Shown: positions 19,220-29,215, counted from the first letter of the stretch. The stretch: DNA of 64,000 nucleotides from an uncultured delta proteobacterium (GCA_963850305.1 CAWKKR010000001.1:192001-256000); one strand, 5' to 3'. Notes: generated by a model from the sequence alone, not told the origin. Translations and numbers: made by a program.

Positions 19220-19630
19220 ATGATGCCGTGCGATTTGCCGGAGCAAGACCGTCCGGCGCTGCCCCTCACGTTCACCGGTGGCTGCCACTGCGGCAGCGTT
19301 CGCTTTCGAGTGACCGTCCGCCAGCGTCGCGTGTCCGTCTGTAATTGCTCCATCTGCGAGAAGAAGGGCTACCGGCACATCGTCGTGCCCGCGAGCGACT
19401 TCGAGCTCACGAGCGGCCGAGAAAACCTCACGACGTACACGTTCAACACGGGCGTCGCGAAGCACCACTTTTGCAGGACCTGCGGCATTCATTCCTTCTA
19501 TGTTCCGCGCTCCCATCCGGACGGGTTCAGCGTGAACGAACGCTGCCTCGACGACGCGCCGGCAAACTGGTTCGAGCTCGAAGCCTTCGACGGAAGGAAC
19601 TGGGAGGACGCGGTTCACACGCTCCGATGA
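19220..19630 (+). CDS. GFA/CENP-V family Zn-binding protein
   Basis: [31 protein letters not shown]. Confidence 0.9.
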   Translation: MMPCDLPEQDRPALPLTFTGGCHCGSVRFRVTVRQRRVSVCNCSICEKKGYRHIVVPASDFELTSGRENLTTYTFNTGVAKHHFCRTCGIHSFYVPRSHPDGFSVNERCLDDAPANWFELEAFDGRNWEDAVHTLR

Positions 19631-20721
19631 ACGGCGTTTCCGTCCTGCGGGCGCGCGACGTTGCCCGCCGCTTGCTCGACTGGTACGACGCGAACCGTCG
19701 CGATCTCCCGTGGCGGCGAACGCGGGACCCGTACGCCGTCTGGGTGAGCGAGATGATGCTCCAGCAAACCCAGGTCGCGACCGTCGTCGGCTACTACACG
19801 CGCTGGATGGAGCGCTTCCCGACCATCCACGCTCTCGCCGATGCGACGGAGGACGACGTGCTCCACGCCTGGCAGGGCCTCGGCTATTACTCCCGCGCCC
19901 GGAACCTCTGGCGCGGCGCGCGCGCGGTCGTCGCGGATCACGCGGGCCGCCTGCCCCGCACGGCCGACGCCCTGCGCGCGCTCCCGGGCATCGGCCCGTA
20001 TTCGGCAGGAGCCATCGCCAGCATTGCGCACGGACAGCGAGAGCCGCTCGTCGACGGGAACGTCGTGCGGGTGCTCTGTCGCGTCTTCGGCCTCCGCGGC
20101 GATCCCTCGCGAGGCGCGCTCAGGGCCAACCTCTGGGAAATCGCCGGACAGCTCGTGCCCGAAGAACGCCCGGGCGACTTCAACCAGGCCCTCATGGAGC
20201 TCGGCGCGACCGTGTGTACGGCGCGCGCGCCCCGCTGCGACGCTTGCCCGCTCGCGAAGAAGTGCATCGCGATGAGACAAGGCGTCGTGGGCGAGCTCCC
20301 CGAGTCGAGATCGCGCCCGGCTGCGATCGCGGTCGCGCGCGCGGCGGCCGTCGTTCGGCGCGGGCCACGCGTCCTGTGCGTGCAGGTCCCGGACGGCGCC
20401 GCGCGCTGGGCCGGCATGTGGCAATTCCCGAACGCCGATTGCGGGAGCGGCGAGCCTCCCGAGCGCGCCGCCGAACGGGCCGTGCTCGAAGCCGTCGGGC
20501 TTCACGTCACAGCGAAGCGCCAGGCCGTCACCGTCCGGCATTCGGTCACCCATCATCGCATCACGCTCGACGTCCATGAGTGCGCGCCCGAGAGAAATGG
20601 CGCCAGGCCTCGCGCCATCGCGTGCAAGGCCTTTGCCTTCGAAGAGCCAGCGAGGCTCGAAGCGCTCGCGATGCCCGCCGCGCACCGGCGAATCGCACGA
20701 TATCTGCTTTCGTCGGCGTGA
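19627..20721 (+). CDS. mutY: A/G-specific adenine glycosylase
   Basis: RDLPWR, VWVSEMMLQQT, WQGLGYYSRARNL, HhH LPGIGPY, VDGNV, C-x6-C-x2-C-x5-C cluster, C-terminal Nudix-like domain; ATGA overlap with the GFA gene. Confidence 0.95.
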   Translation: MNGVSVLRARDVARRLLDWYDANRRDLPWRRTRDPYAVWVSEMMLQQTQVATVVGYYTRWMERFPTIHALADATEDDVLHAWQGLGYYSRARNLWRGARAVVADHAGRLPRTADALRALPGIGPYSAGAIASIAHGQREPLVDGNVVRVLCRVFGLRGDPSRGALRANLWEIAGQLVPEERPGDFNQALMELGATVCTARAPRCDACPLAKKCIAMRQGVVGELPESRSRPAAIAVARAAAVVRRGPRVLCVQVPDGAARWAGMWQFPNADCGSGEPPERAAERAVLEAVGLHVTAKRQAVTVRHSVTHHRITLDVHECAPERNGARPRAIACKAFAFEEPARLEALAMPAAHRRIARYLLSSA

Positions 20722-20804
20722 GTTTTGTTGGTGCGGATTCGAAGGTCGGGCGGGCAAGATGATGGCTTCGCGACCACGAAGGAGGTGATAAACGCGGTTG
20801 GGAA

Positions 20805-22197
20805 ATGGAGCGGTCGGAGAACCCGTTTCGGGCGGCCTACTGGCTTGGAGGCGTCGACGCCCGGCCGCTCTCGCTGTTCCGGGTCGGCCTCGGGCTGACC
20901 CGGCTGCACGACCTGGCAAACTACGCGGTCGACCTCCGGGCGTTCGTCACCGACGTCGGCATGCTGCCTCGTGGCGTGCAGGGCGCACCGAACTTGTGGA
21001 ACGTGTTCGACTGGGTCGGCAGCCCGCCTGCAGTGGCGGCGGTGTTCGCGCTCGGATGCGTCGCGGTGGCAGCGTTCACGATCGGCTACGGGACGTGGCT
21101 CCCAACGCTGATCTCGTTCCTGTTCTTCACGTCCCTGCACACGAGGAACCTGTACGTCACCGACGGCGAGGATGATCTGGTCCGGAACCTCCTCTTCCTG
21201 TCGCTCTTCGGCGATCTCGGCGGCCGGTACAGCGTCGATGCGCGCGCGCGGGGACGGAAGGCAGATGTCCCGGCGCTAGGCCTGCGCTTCCTGCACGCCA
21301 CATCGCTCTGCTCTACTTCGTCGCCGCGCGCCTCAAGTTCCGCCGGGGCTGGCTCACGCACGACGTGATCTACCAGGTGCTGCAGCTCGTCGGCTTCGTG
21401 CGGCCGCCGGGGCATCTGCTCCAGTCCGCGCCGTCTCTGTGCTTCGCACTTGGAGTGATGACGCTCGGGCTCGAGTTCAGCTTCGCGTTCTTTGCCCTCT
21501 CGCCCGTCCGGACCGGGTGGTGCCGATTCTATGCCGTGATTGCGGGTCTCATGGTGCAGATGGGGATCCTCGTGACCATGCGAGTCGGCGTGTTCACCGA
21601 GACGGTGATCGTCTCCATGCTGCTCTTCGTTCAGCCCGAGTGGCTCGACGGTGAGTTCCCGTGGCAGGGCCGGCCTGCCCCGGGCTCGGACGCGCCGTGG
21701 TCTTCTCTGATTTCTCCCGGACCGCGCCTCCTGGCCTTCGCGTTCCTGTCGTTTCACTTCGTCGCGATCGCGTGGGGGCCCTTCATCGCGCGGCGGTTCC
21801 CACCCCCCCGATGGGTCCTGACCGAGCGCCGCCTCCTCTGGCTCGATCAACCGTTCGGTCTGTTCGACGTAGTTTACGACATACCCGCGTGGCACGTGAC
21901 CGGAACGCTCCCCGATGGCGGCACGATCGACGTGCTTCCGGTCGCCGTACCGGCGCTTGTGCCACGTGTCGCGTGGAGCTTTTCACGCTGGTACAAGTTC
22001 ACATTCAAGGAACGCGAGCGCCCTTCAAGTTTCCGCAAATCGCGGCGTTCCTCTGCAAGGAGTACGCGGGGAACACGGCCGTGCAGCTCAGCTCCGTGAC
22101 CATCGCCGAGACGCGCTCGCCGCCACTCGTCCCTGGGGTGCCGTTGCGCCCGCCGGTCCGGCGGGTGCGCTTCACCGGCCCCTGTCCGTCACCGTGA
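20805..22197 (+). CDS. HTTM-domain membrane protein, split by two frameshifts
   Basis: DARPLSLFRVGLG, SLHTRN..V.DGED, RYSVDA are HTTM-like. Adding one base near 21297 restores HIALLYFVAARLKF into the 21365 frame; adding a C near 22021 restores PFKFPQIAAFLC to the stop at 22197. Confidence 0.75.
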
Positions 22198-23077
22198 CGG
22201 ACGCTGCCGTACCGAGCGCGCGATCGAGGAACGCGACCACCCGCGCCTCGTACTCGGCCGGCGCCTTCTCGAAGCACTCGCCATGCTCGGCGCCGGGGAC
22301 GACGAATCTCTCCTTGGGCGGCTTCGCGGCCGCATAGATCCGGTCCATGACCCACGGCGGAGTGTCGGTGTCGGAAAGCCCCTCGACGAGGAGCAGGGGG
22401 CGCGGGGCGATGAGCGACACGTCGTCGATGGGGTGGATCGCGTTCACGTCGACCCCGGAAGCGCGGTACCCGAGCAGGGCCGGGATGCGCGCGACGAAGC
22501 CTCGCCTCTGGGTCTTGTACGCGTTCTCGTCACGCAGCGAAGTCCACGTCGCGTAGAGAATCGTGGCGCCCACCCGGGGGTCCTCGGCACCGGCGCGGGC
22601 CACGGCCGAAGCGCCCACCGAGTGCCCGAGGATCGCCACCCGGTCGACGCCCGGTCGCGACAGCGCGTACGTCACGGCGTCCTTGACGTCGTCAGCTTCA
22701 CGGTAGCCCCACGTCGCGGCGTCCCCGCTGCTCTCGCCGGAGTCCCGGCAGTCGTAAAGGAGGACGCCGTAGCCGTGCCGCGCGATCGCGATGGCCTCCG
22801 GCAACAACGAGGCGCGATTGCCCCCGAGCCCGTGCGTGAAAATGACCACCCTGCCGTTTCGGGGTGGCGCGTACCAGCCGCGAAGCGTCACGTCCGAGCC
22901 CTGGAAGCTCACGTCGGTCATTCCCGGCAAGGATCGTGCGGCGAGCGCACGCTGGTCGGCCGTGACGCGGGTCCGCGCCGGGTGACACTGGTCCCAGCCG
23001 TAGCGGAAATAGTGACCGAAAACCGCCGCGGGCACGATGAGAACCGCGACGAACTCGACGACGTGGAGATGCCGCAC
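22172..23077 (-). CDS. Alpha/beta hydrolase with N-terminal membrane anchor
   Basis: HGLGG oxyanion motif, GHSVG nucleophile elbow, acid D (SDTDT) and GAEH His. Confidence 0.9.
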   Translation of the reverse strand: MRHLHVVEFVAVLIVPAAVFGHYFRYGWDQCHPARTRVTADQRALAARSLPGMTDVSFQGSDVTLRGWYAPPRNGRVVIFTHGLGGNRASLLPEAIAIARHGYGVLLYDCRDSGESSGDAATWGYREADDVKDAVTYALSRPGVDRVAILGHSVGASAVARAGAEDPRVGATILYATWTSLRDENAYKTQRRGFVARIPALLGYRASGVDVNAIHPIDDVSLIAPRPLLLVEGLSDTDTPPWVMDRIYAAAKPPKERFVVPGAEHGECFEKAPAEYEARVVAFLDRALGTAASVTVTDRGR

Positions 23078-23287
23078 GGCGGCTCGTCTATCACGACGTC
23101 CCGCGGCCCGCCCGGCTCAAGAGCCGCGTGACCGCCGGACCCGGAGGAGACGCAGAGCTACTGCCAGAAACACCGATTCTGCGCGGCGATGGGCGATCCA
23201 GTGCCACCCGCCGCGGGTGAGCTGCGGGCTGCGGCCGCGCCTGCGCCCGATCGGAATTGATATCCCGTTTCTCGGTCCGGGCGCATC

Positions 23288-25876
23288 ATGCACCAAACTA
23301 TGACGTCCGCGAACTCAGGGCGCGCCGCGTCGCGCACCCGGCAAAGCATCTGGCTCTCCGTGCTCACGGCGATCCTGCTCGGCGTCGTCGGATGCGGCAG
23401 CTCCGGGTCCTCCCGGACGCGTTCTCGCGATGGGGGGCTCGACGGGCAGGCGGGGTTCGGCAATCCGTTCGGAGGGAGCGGCAACGCGGGCGGGGCCGGC
23501 GCGGGCGGATTTGCGGGCGGCGCGGGCGGCGCGGGCAGCGGCGGGGTCGTGACGGCCCGCGGCGGCACGGGTCCGGGAGATGCCGGGACGTGCGGCGCTC
23601 CAGGGCAAGCGTGCTGTCCCGACAATTCCTGCGACCCGGGAGGCGTCTGCAACGGAGCGACGTGCACACCGTGTGGCGACGTCGGGCAGCTCTGCTGCGG
23701 GGGCTACTGCAACTCCGCGCAGGCGGCTTGCTCCGGCGGCACCTGCCAGCCCTGCGGCGGCCCCGGGCAACCATGTTGCAACGGCAACGCGTGCGGCGGG
23801 GGCGGTTGCTGCACGAGCGGCACGTGCATCGCACAGGGCACGGGCTGCCCGAACGGCGTCGCGTGCAATCAGGGCGGGTGCGGCACGTGCGGTGGGCTCG
23901 GGCAGCAGTGCTGCACCGGGAGTACGTGTACCGCGCCGGGCGCGACGTGCTCCGCGGGCTCGTGCTCGCCGTGCGGCGGCGCGGGCCAGCCCTGCTGCAG
24001 CTACACCCAGTGCACCGCGGCGAAGACGATCTGCAGAGGCGTGTGCGAGCAATGTGGCGTCCCCGGCAGCCCCTGCTGCCCCGGCAACGAATGCGACACC
24101 GGTTGCTGCGATTCGACGCAGCTCGTCTGCCGAGCGACAGGGAGCGCCTGTTCGGCGGGTGACCTGTGCCTCGACTCGGGCCATTGCGCGGGCTGCGGCG
24201 GCGACGGTCAGCCCTGCTGCGCGGGCGACACGTGCAACACGGGGTGCTGCGACACGGAGGTCGCTACCGCGAAGATTTGCCGCGCCTCGGGCGAGCGCTG
24301 CGATGCGGGCAAGGTCTGCACGGGGCCGAACACGTGCACGGTTTGCGGCGGGTCGGGCCAGGATTGCTGCGCGGACGGCCGATGCGCCGCGGGCTTTGCG
24401 TGCAACGGCTCAGGTAAATGCGCGGCGTGCGGCGGCCCGGGGCAGCCGTGCTGCCTCGGCGGCTCGTGCGCAGCGGGCAACGCTTGCGCGGCCGGGACAT
24501 GCACCGCGTGCGGCGGCGCGAACCAGCCGTGCTGCGCCGGCGGTGTCTGCCCGGCCTCCGGCACCGCGTGCAGCGGTGGTGTATGCCAGGTCTGCGGCGC
24601 CGCGAACGAGCCCTGTTGCGTCGGTAACACCTGCACCGACACGGGAACCGTCTGCTGGTACGCGGGGGAAGGCATGACCTGTCAGGCGTGCGGCGGCTCG
24701 GGGCAGCCCTGCTGCGACGGCGGGGCGTGCGATGCCGGCGGATGCTGCGACGGCAATCGCTGCATCTCGAGCGGCACCACGTGCGTCTTCTCCGGCACCG
24801 GAACGTGCACCAACGGAGGATGCGGCACCTGCGGCGGCGCGAACGAGCCCTGCTGCGGTAGCTCGTGCGCGGCGGGTAACTTCACGTGTGGGAGCACTTC
24901 CACCAGCGCGGCCGAGTGCGTTCCCTGTGGCGGCGTGGGCCAGCCGTGCTGCGACCGGACCTACTGCGCGACGGGGTGCTGCCAGAACTACGACACGTGC
25001 GTCGCCGTCGGGTCGTCGTGCGGCACGGACCAGGGTTGCTTCTCCAAGAACGAGTGCGCCTACTGCGGGGTCGGCGGGACACCGCCGTGTCCGGGGCAGG
25101 CCGCCTGCTCGAAGGGCGCTTGCCTGGACGCCACGAGCCAAGTGTGCGTGGTGCCGGGCGCGTCAGGAACGAACCCTGATACCGTGTGTGTCGCGGGGTC
25201 CTTCGCCCCGTGCGGCGGAACGGGCCAGCCGTGCTGCGGGAACACGACGTGTTCCGGCGCGGACTGCTGTGCGAACGGGATCTGCGTTGCCGGGGGCGCC
25301 GCGTGCGGCGGCACGCTCGCGGGGAACTGCTCCACCAAAGCCCTCGGCGGGTGCGGCAGTTGCGGCGGCGAAGGCCAGGCCTGCTGCCAGGGGACCGGAA
25401 ACGACTCGACATCGAACTTCTGCACGGGGCCAGGCCTCGTGTGCGGCGGCAGCACCTGCACGGTCTGCGGCGCCTCGGGCGAACCGTGCTGCGCGGGCAA
25501 CACGTGCGCGGGGGCGGGCTGCTGCGTCGACGGTAAGTGCGTCGACGGCGGGTCGAATTGCGGCACGAGCTCGGGCGGCGTGTGTGATAGCGGCGTCTGC
25601 AGGAGCTCCGCTGGCGACTGTGGCGGCCTCGGCTCGCAGGAGACGTCGAACTGTTTGCTGAACAGCTGCACCGCGCCGTACGCGTCGAGCGACGTCGACC
25701 AGTGTAGCCCCTGCGGCCTCGACGGACAGTCGTGTTGCGGCGGCCGCTACGGCTATTGCACGAGCTCGCTCGCCTGCAACGACGAGACGTGCACCCACTG
25801 CGGCCTCTCGGGTCAGCCCTGCTGCCCGGGCGGCTTCTGCACCGTCGGCACGTGCAGCAGCGGCACCTGCCCCTGA
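23288..25876 (+). CDS. Cys-rich repeat lipoprotein (CGGxGQPCC repeats)
   Basis: Lipobox VVGC after a hydrophobic stretch, Gly-rich tether, about 21 tandem Cys units. Start may be ATG 23300. Confidence 0.85.
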   Translation: MHQTMTSANSGRAASRTRQSIWLSVLTAILLGVVGCGSSGSSRTRSRDGGLDGQAGFGNPFGGSGNAGGAGAGGFAGGAGGAGSGGVVTARGGTGPGDAGTCGAPGQACCPDNSCDPGGVCNGATCTPCGDVGQLCCGGYCNSAQAACSGGTCQPCGGPGQPCCNGNACGGGGCCTSGTCIAQGTGCPNGVACNQGGCGTCGGLGQQCCTGSTCTAPGATCSAGSCSPCGGAGQPCCSYTQCTAAKTICRGVCEQCGVPGSPCCPGNECDTGCCDSTQLVCRATGSACSAGDLCLDSGHCAGCGGDGQPCCAGDTCNTGCCDTEVATAKICRASGERCDAGKVCTGPNTCTVCGGSGQDCCADGRCAAGFACNGSGKCAACGGPGQPCCLGGSCAAGNACAAGTCTACGGANQPCCAGGVCPASGTACSGGVCQVCGAANEPCCVGNTCTDTGTVCWYAGEGMTCQACGGSGQPCCDGGACDAGGCCDGNRCISSGTTCVFSGTGTCTNGGCGTCGGANEPCCGSSCAAGNFTCGSTSTSAAECVPCGGVGQPCCDRTYCATGCCQNYDTCVAVGSSCGTDQGCFSKNECAYCGVGGTPPCPGQAACSKGACLDATSQVCVVPGASGTNPDTVCVAGSFAPCGGTGQPCCGNTTCSGADCCANGICVAGGAACGGTLAGNCSTKALGGCGSCGGEGQACCQGTGNDSTSNFCTGPGLVCGGSTCTVCGASGEPCCAGNTCAGAGCCVDGKCVDGGSNCGTSSGGVCDSGVCRSSAGDCGGLGSQETSNCLLNSCTAPYASSDVDQCSPCGLDGQSCCGGRYGYCTSSLACNDETCTHCGLSGQPCCPGGFCTVGTCSSGTCP
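23591..25873 (+). repeat. Coding tandem repeat: ~21 units starting CGxxG(Q/E)xCC
   Basis: Counted by eye: 12 short 6-Cys units, 7 long 10-Cys units, 2 degenerate units. Confidence 0.85.
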
Positions 25877-25951
25877 GGACCCGCGCGCGCCGGCCTTCAG
25901 CGTGGCTCGGCAGTGTCGGCGACGATGTGCCGCTCGTGTTATTCCGGGCCA

Positions 25952-26503
25952 GTGCTCGCCGCCGACGTCCGCGCCCTCCTCGACGACTACGCCCCCATCG
26001 ACGCTCGGGAGTCCCTCTTCCGCGACCGCATGCTCTCGCTGACCGAGCACCCCTACCCCTTCGCTCGCTCCACCTTCGTCCCCGGTCACTTCACCGCGAG
26101 CGCGTTCGTGCTCTCGCCGGACCGGAGCGCGCTCGCACTCATCTTTCACCGCAAGCTCCGGCTCTGGTTACAACCGGGGGGCCACATCGAGTCGTCCGAT
26201 GCGAGCGTGCCGGCCGCCGCACGGCGTGAGGTCGAAGAAGAGCTGGGGTTCGTCGCGCTCCCATCCACGGCCGGGGACCTGTTCGACATCGACATTCACC
26301 GCATTCCCGGTCGCGCGGACGAGCCCGAGCACGAACACTTCAATCTGCGCGTCCTGCTGGTCGCCCCGAACGTCCATCTGCATCCGAGCGAGGAGGTCGA
26401 AGGAGCTCGATGGGTCCCACTCGACGACATCGCGCGATTCGTCACGGACGAATCCGTGGCACGAGCGGCGAGAAAGCTCGGCAGGGGCCCCGCAATCCCT
26501 TGA
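25952..26503 (+). CDS. NUDIX hydrolase
   Basis: GHFTASAFV, WLQPGGH, Nudix box AARREVEEELG. Start set at GTG 25952 (ORF track 25913). Confidence 0.88.
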   Translation: MLAADVRALLDDYAPIDARESLFRDRMLSLTEHPYPFARSTFVPGHFTASAFVLSPDRSALALIFHRKLRLWLQPGGHIESSDASVPAAARREVEEELGFVALPSTAGDLFDIDIHRIPGRADEPEHEHFNLRVLLVAPNVHLHPSEEVEGARWVPLDDIARFVTDESVARAARKLGRGPAIP

Positions 26504-29215
26504 AGCCCGGGCACTGCTTCGTCGGGCGTCCGGCGCGCTCGATCGAATCGACGCCGGATCCACCTTGTCGCCGTCGACCCCCAAGGTGTCCAGAGCTTGG
26601 GCCACTTCGACTGCATCCGCCTGGCCTTCGAGACGGAGCGCATCGAGAGCCGCGACGACGATCGACTCGGCGTCGACCTCGAAGTGGCGGCGGAGGGCTT
26701 CACGCGTGTCGCTCATGCCGTAGCCGTCGGTGCCGAGGGGAACGAACCGGCCCGGGACGAACCGCGCGATCTGGTCCGGCACGGCCTTCATATAGTCGCT
26801 CGCTGCAATGAAGGGGCCTTTGACGCCGGTCAGCGTGGTCGTCACATAGGGAACTCGCGCGGGCGAGAGCGGCTGGAGCCGATTGTGTCGCTCGGCGGCG
26901 AGGGCGTCACGACGGAGCTCGGAGTAGCTCGTGACGCTCCAGACGTCGGCGCACACGTCGAAGCGTTCACCGAGCGTCTCCTGCGCGCGAAGCACCTGCA
27001 TGAGAATGGATCCGCTGCCGAAGAGCTGCACACGACGCTTCCCATTCCCGCCTGCACGATAGCGATACAGGCCGCGCAGCACGCCTTCCTTCACGTCGCC
27101 GGGCGACTCCGGCATGCGATAGCCCTCGTTCTGGAGGGTGATGTAATAGATGACGTTCTCTTGCTCCGCGATCATGCGGCGAAGGCCCTCCTCGACGATC
27201 GTCGCGAGCTCGTACGCGAACGCGACGTCGTAAGCGGCGACCGCCGGTACCGTGCTCGCGAGGAGGAGGCTGTGTCCATCTTCGTGCTGGAGGCCTTCGC
27301 CATTCAGCGTGGTGCGCCCGGCGGTCGCGCCCAGCAAGAAGCCGCGCGTCATCGCGTCGCCCGCCGCCCAGATCTGATCGCCGGTTCGCTGGAAGCCGAA
27401 CATCGAATAGAACGTGTAGAAGGGGATCATCGGTTCGCCGTGCACCGAGTAAGCAGTCCCCGCGGCGACGAACGACGCCATCGAACCGGCTTCCGTGATG
27501 CCCTCCTCGAGCACCTGGCCGTCCTTGGTTTCTCGGTAATAAATGAGATGCCCCTTGTCGACGGGCTCGTAGAGCTGGCCTTGCGACGAATAGATGCCGA
27601 CCTGCGCGAAGAGCGCGTCCATGCCGAAGGTGCGTCCTTCGTCCGGGATGATCGGCACGATCCTCCGGCCAATGGACTTGTCGCGGACAAGCTTCGACAG
27701 GAGCCGCGTGAAGACCATCGTGGTGGACGCTTCCCCGGCCTTCATCCCCGCGTGGAACTCGGCGTAGAGGTCCTCTCCGGGTAGCTCCAGCGATACCTGG
27801 ACACCCGTGCGGCGCGTCGGGAGGGGCCCGCCGAGTGCCCGCCGTCGCTCGAGAAGGTACTGGACTTCCTCGCTGTTCGGACCGGGGTGATAGAAGGGCG
27901 CCTCGGCAATCTGCGAGTCCGGCACCGGCAGTTCGAGGACGTCCCGGAACCGAGCGAGCTCGAGGGCTTCGAGCTTCTTCTTCTGGTGCGTCACGTTCGC
28001 GCCCTCGAAGCCCTCGCCGAGCGTCCAGCCTTTGACCGTGTGCGCGAGAATGGCCGTCGGTTTGCCCTCGGTTTCGATGGCCGTCTGGTAAGCGGTGTAG
28101 AGCTTGCGCAAGCTGTGGCCGCCGCGGCGCAGGCGACGGATGTCCTCGTCCGTGAGATGAGAGACGAGCTGCGAGAGCCGCGGGTCCGTGCCGAAAAAGT
28201 GCGACCGTGTGTAGGCGCCGTCCGCGGTCGCGTACTTCTGTAGCTCGCCGTCCACCACGTCGTTGCAGCGACGCACCAGCACCCCCTCTTCATCGCGAGC
28301 AAAGAGGGGATCCCATTCCGGACCCCAGATGACCTTGAGCACGTTCCAGCCCGCCCCGCGGAAGACGGCCTCGAGCTCCTGGATGATCTTGCCGTTGCCA
28401 CGAACGGGGCCGTCGAGACGCTGCAGGTTACAGTTCACGACGAACACGAGGTTGCTGAGCCCCTCACGCGCCGCCACGCTCAGGCTCCCGAGCGATTCGG
28501 GCTCGTCCGTCTCGCCGTCGCCGAGGAACGCCCACACGCGCGACCGGGACGTATCCGCGATCTTTCGGTTGTGGAGATACCGGTTGAAGCGAGCCTGATA
28601 AATCGCGGAGATGGGGCCGAGGCCCATGCTGACCGTCGGAAACTCCCAGAAGCCCGACATGAGCCGCGGGTGCGGGTAGGACGAGAGCCCGCGCCCCCGC
28701 TCGACCTCGCGACGAAAGCGCTCGAGGTGTCCGACCTCGAGGCGACCTTCTAGAAACGCGCGCGCGTAGATGCCCGGCGCGGCGTGCCCCTGGAAGTAAA
28801 CCTGATCGCCGGACCCCTCCGCGTTGCGTGCGCGGAAGAAGTGATTGAACCCGAGCTCCACGAGGCTTGCGCTCGACGCGTACGTCGACAGGTGTCCGCC
28901 GAGACCCGCGGAACGCGTGTTCGCCCGGTGCACCATCGCGACGGCGTTCCAGCGGATGATGCGGCGGATGCGCTTCTCGAGGTCGGCGTCGCCGGGATAT
29001 TCCTTTTCCTCGGCAGCGGGGATGGTGTTGACGAAGTCCGTCGTGAGCGGACCTTCGGGGAGTGCGCCGCGCCGGCGCGCAACCTCCATGATGCGCTTGA
29101 TCAAGAACCGAGCGCGGGGCTTGCCGCGGGCCTGGAGCACCGCCTCGAGGGAGTCCACCCACTCGCCTGTTTCCGTGGGATCGCCGTCAACCGGCTCGGG
29201 TCGAAAGGTGTGCAT
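26168..29215 (-). CDS. aceE: Pyruvate dehydrogenase E1, homodimeric type; natural end probably near 26545
   Basis: GGHLSTYAS, QGHAAPGIY, LSSYPHP, WEFPTVSMGLG, GDGETDEPE, NCNLQRLDGPV, GEGLQH; start MHTFRP. Homology ends at DKVDPASI, after which the ORF runs antisense into the NUDIX gene. Confidence 0.93.
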   Translation of the reverse strand: MHTFRPEPVDGDPTETGEWVDSLEAVLQARGKPRARFLIKRIMEVARRRGALPEGPLTTDFVNTIPAAEEKEYPGDADLEKRIRRIIRWNAVAMVHRANTRSAGLGGHLSTYASSASLVELGFNHFFRARNAEGSGDQVYFQGHAAPGIYARAFLEGRLEVGHLERFRREVERGRGLSSYPHPRLMSGFWEFPTVSMGLGPISAIYQARFNRYLHNRKIADTSRSRVWAFLGDGETDEPESLGSLSVAAREGLSNLVFVVNCNLQRLDGPVRGNGKIIQELEAVFRGAGWNVLKVIWGPEWDPLFARDEEGVLVRRCNDVVDGELQKYATADGAYTRSHFFGTDPRLSQLVSHLTDEDIRRLRRGGHSLRKLYTAYQTAIETEGKPTAILAHTVKGWTLGEGFEGANVTHQKKKLEALELARFRDVLELPVPDSQIAEAPFYHPGPNSEEVQYLLERRRALGGPLPTRRTGVQVSLELPGEDLYAEFHAGMKAGEASTTMVFTRLLSKLVRDKSIGRRIVPIIPDEGRTFGMDALFAQVGIYSSQGQLYEPVDKGHLIYYRETKDGQVLEEGITEAGSMASFVAAGTAYSVHGEPMIPFYTFYSMFGFQRTGDQIWAAGDAMTRGFLLGATAGRTTLNGEGLQHEDGHSLLLASTVPAVAAYDVAFAYELATIVEEGLRRMIAEQENVIYYITLQNEGYRMPESPGDVKEGVLRGLYRYRAGGNGKRRVQLFGSGSILMQVLRAQETLGERFDVCADVWSVTSYSELRRDALAAERHNRLQPLSPARVPYVTTTLTGVKGPFIAASDYMKAVPDQIARFVPGRFVPLGTDGYGMSDTREALRRHFEVDAESIVVAALDALRLEGQADAVEVAQALDTLGVDGDKVDPASIRSSAPDARRSSARASRDCGAPAELSRRSCHGFVRDESRDVVEWDPSSSFDLLARMQMDVRGDQQDAQIEVFVLGLVRATGNAVNVDVEQVPGRGWERDEPQLFFDLTPCGGRHARIGRLDVAPRL

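Noticed and set aside
17482..19353. Long N-terminal extensions in ORF-track calls (fumA, mutY, aceE, batA, batD, nuoB, nuoH, metallophosphoesterase)
   Set aside because: They overlap neighbouring genes; downstream starts match family N-termini and coupling overlaps.
21360..21370. TGA read-through or selenocysteine in the HTTM gene
   Set aside because: Homology-like sequence leaves that frame about 70 nt earlier; a single-base deletion explains it.
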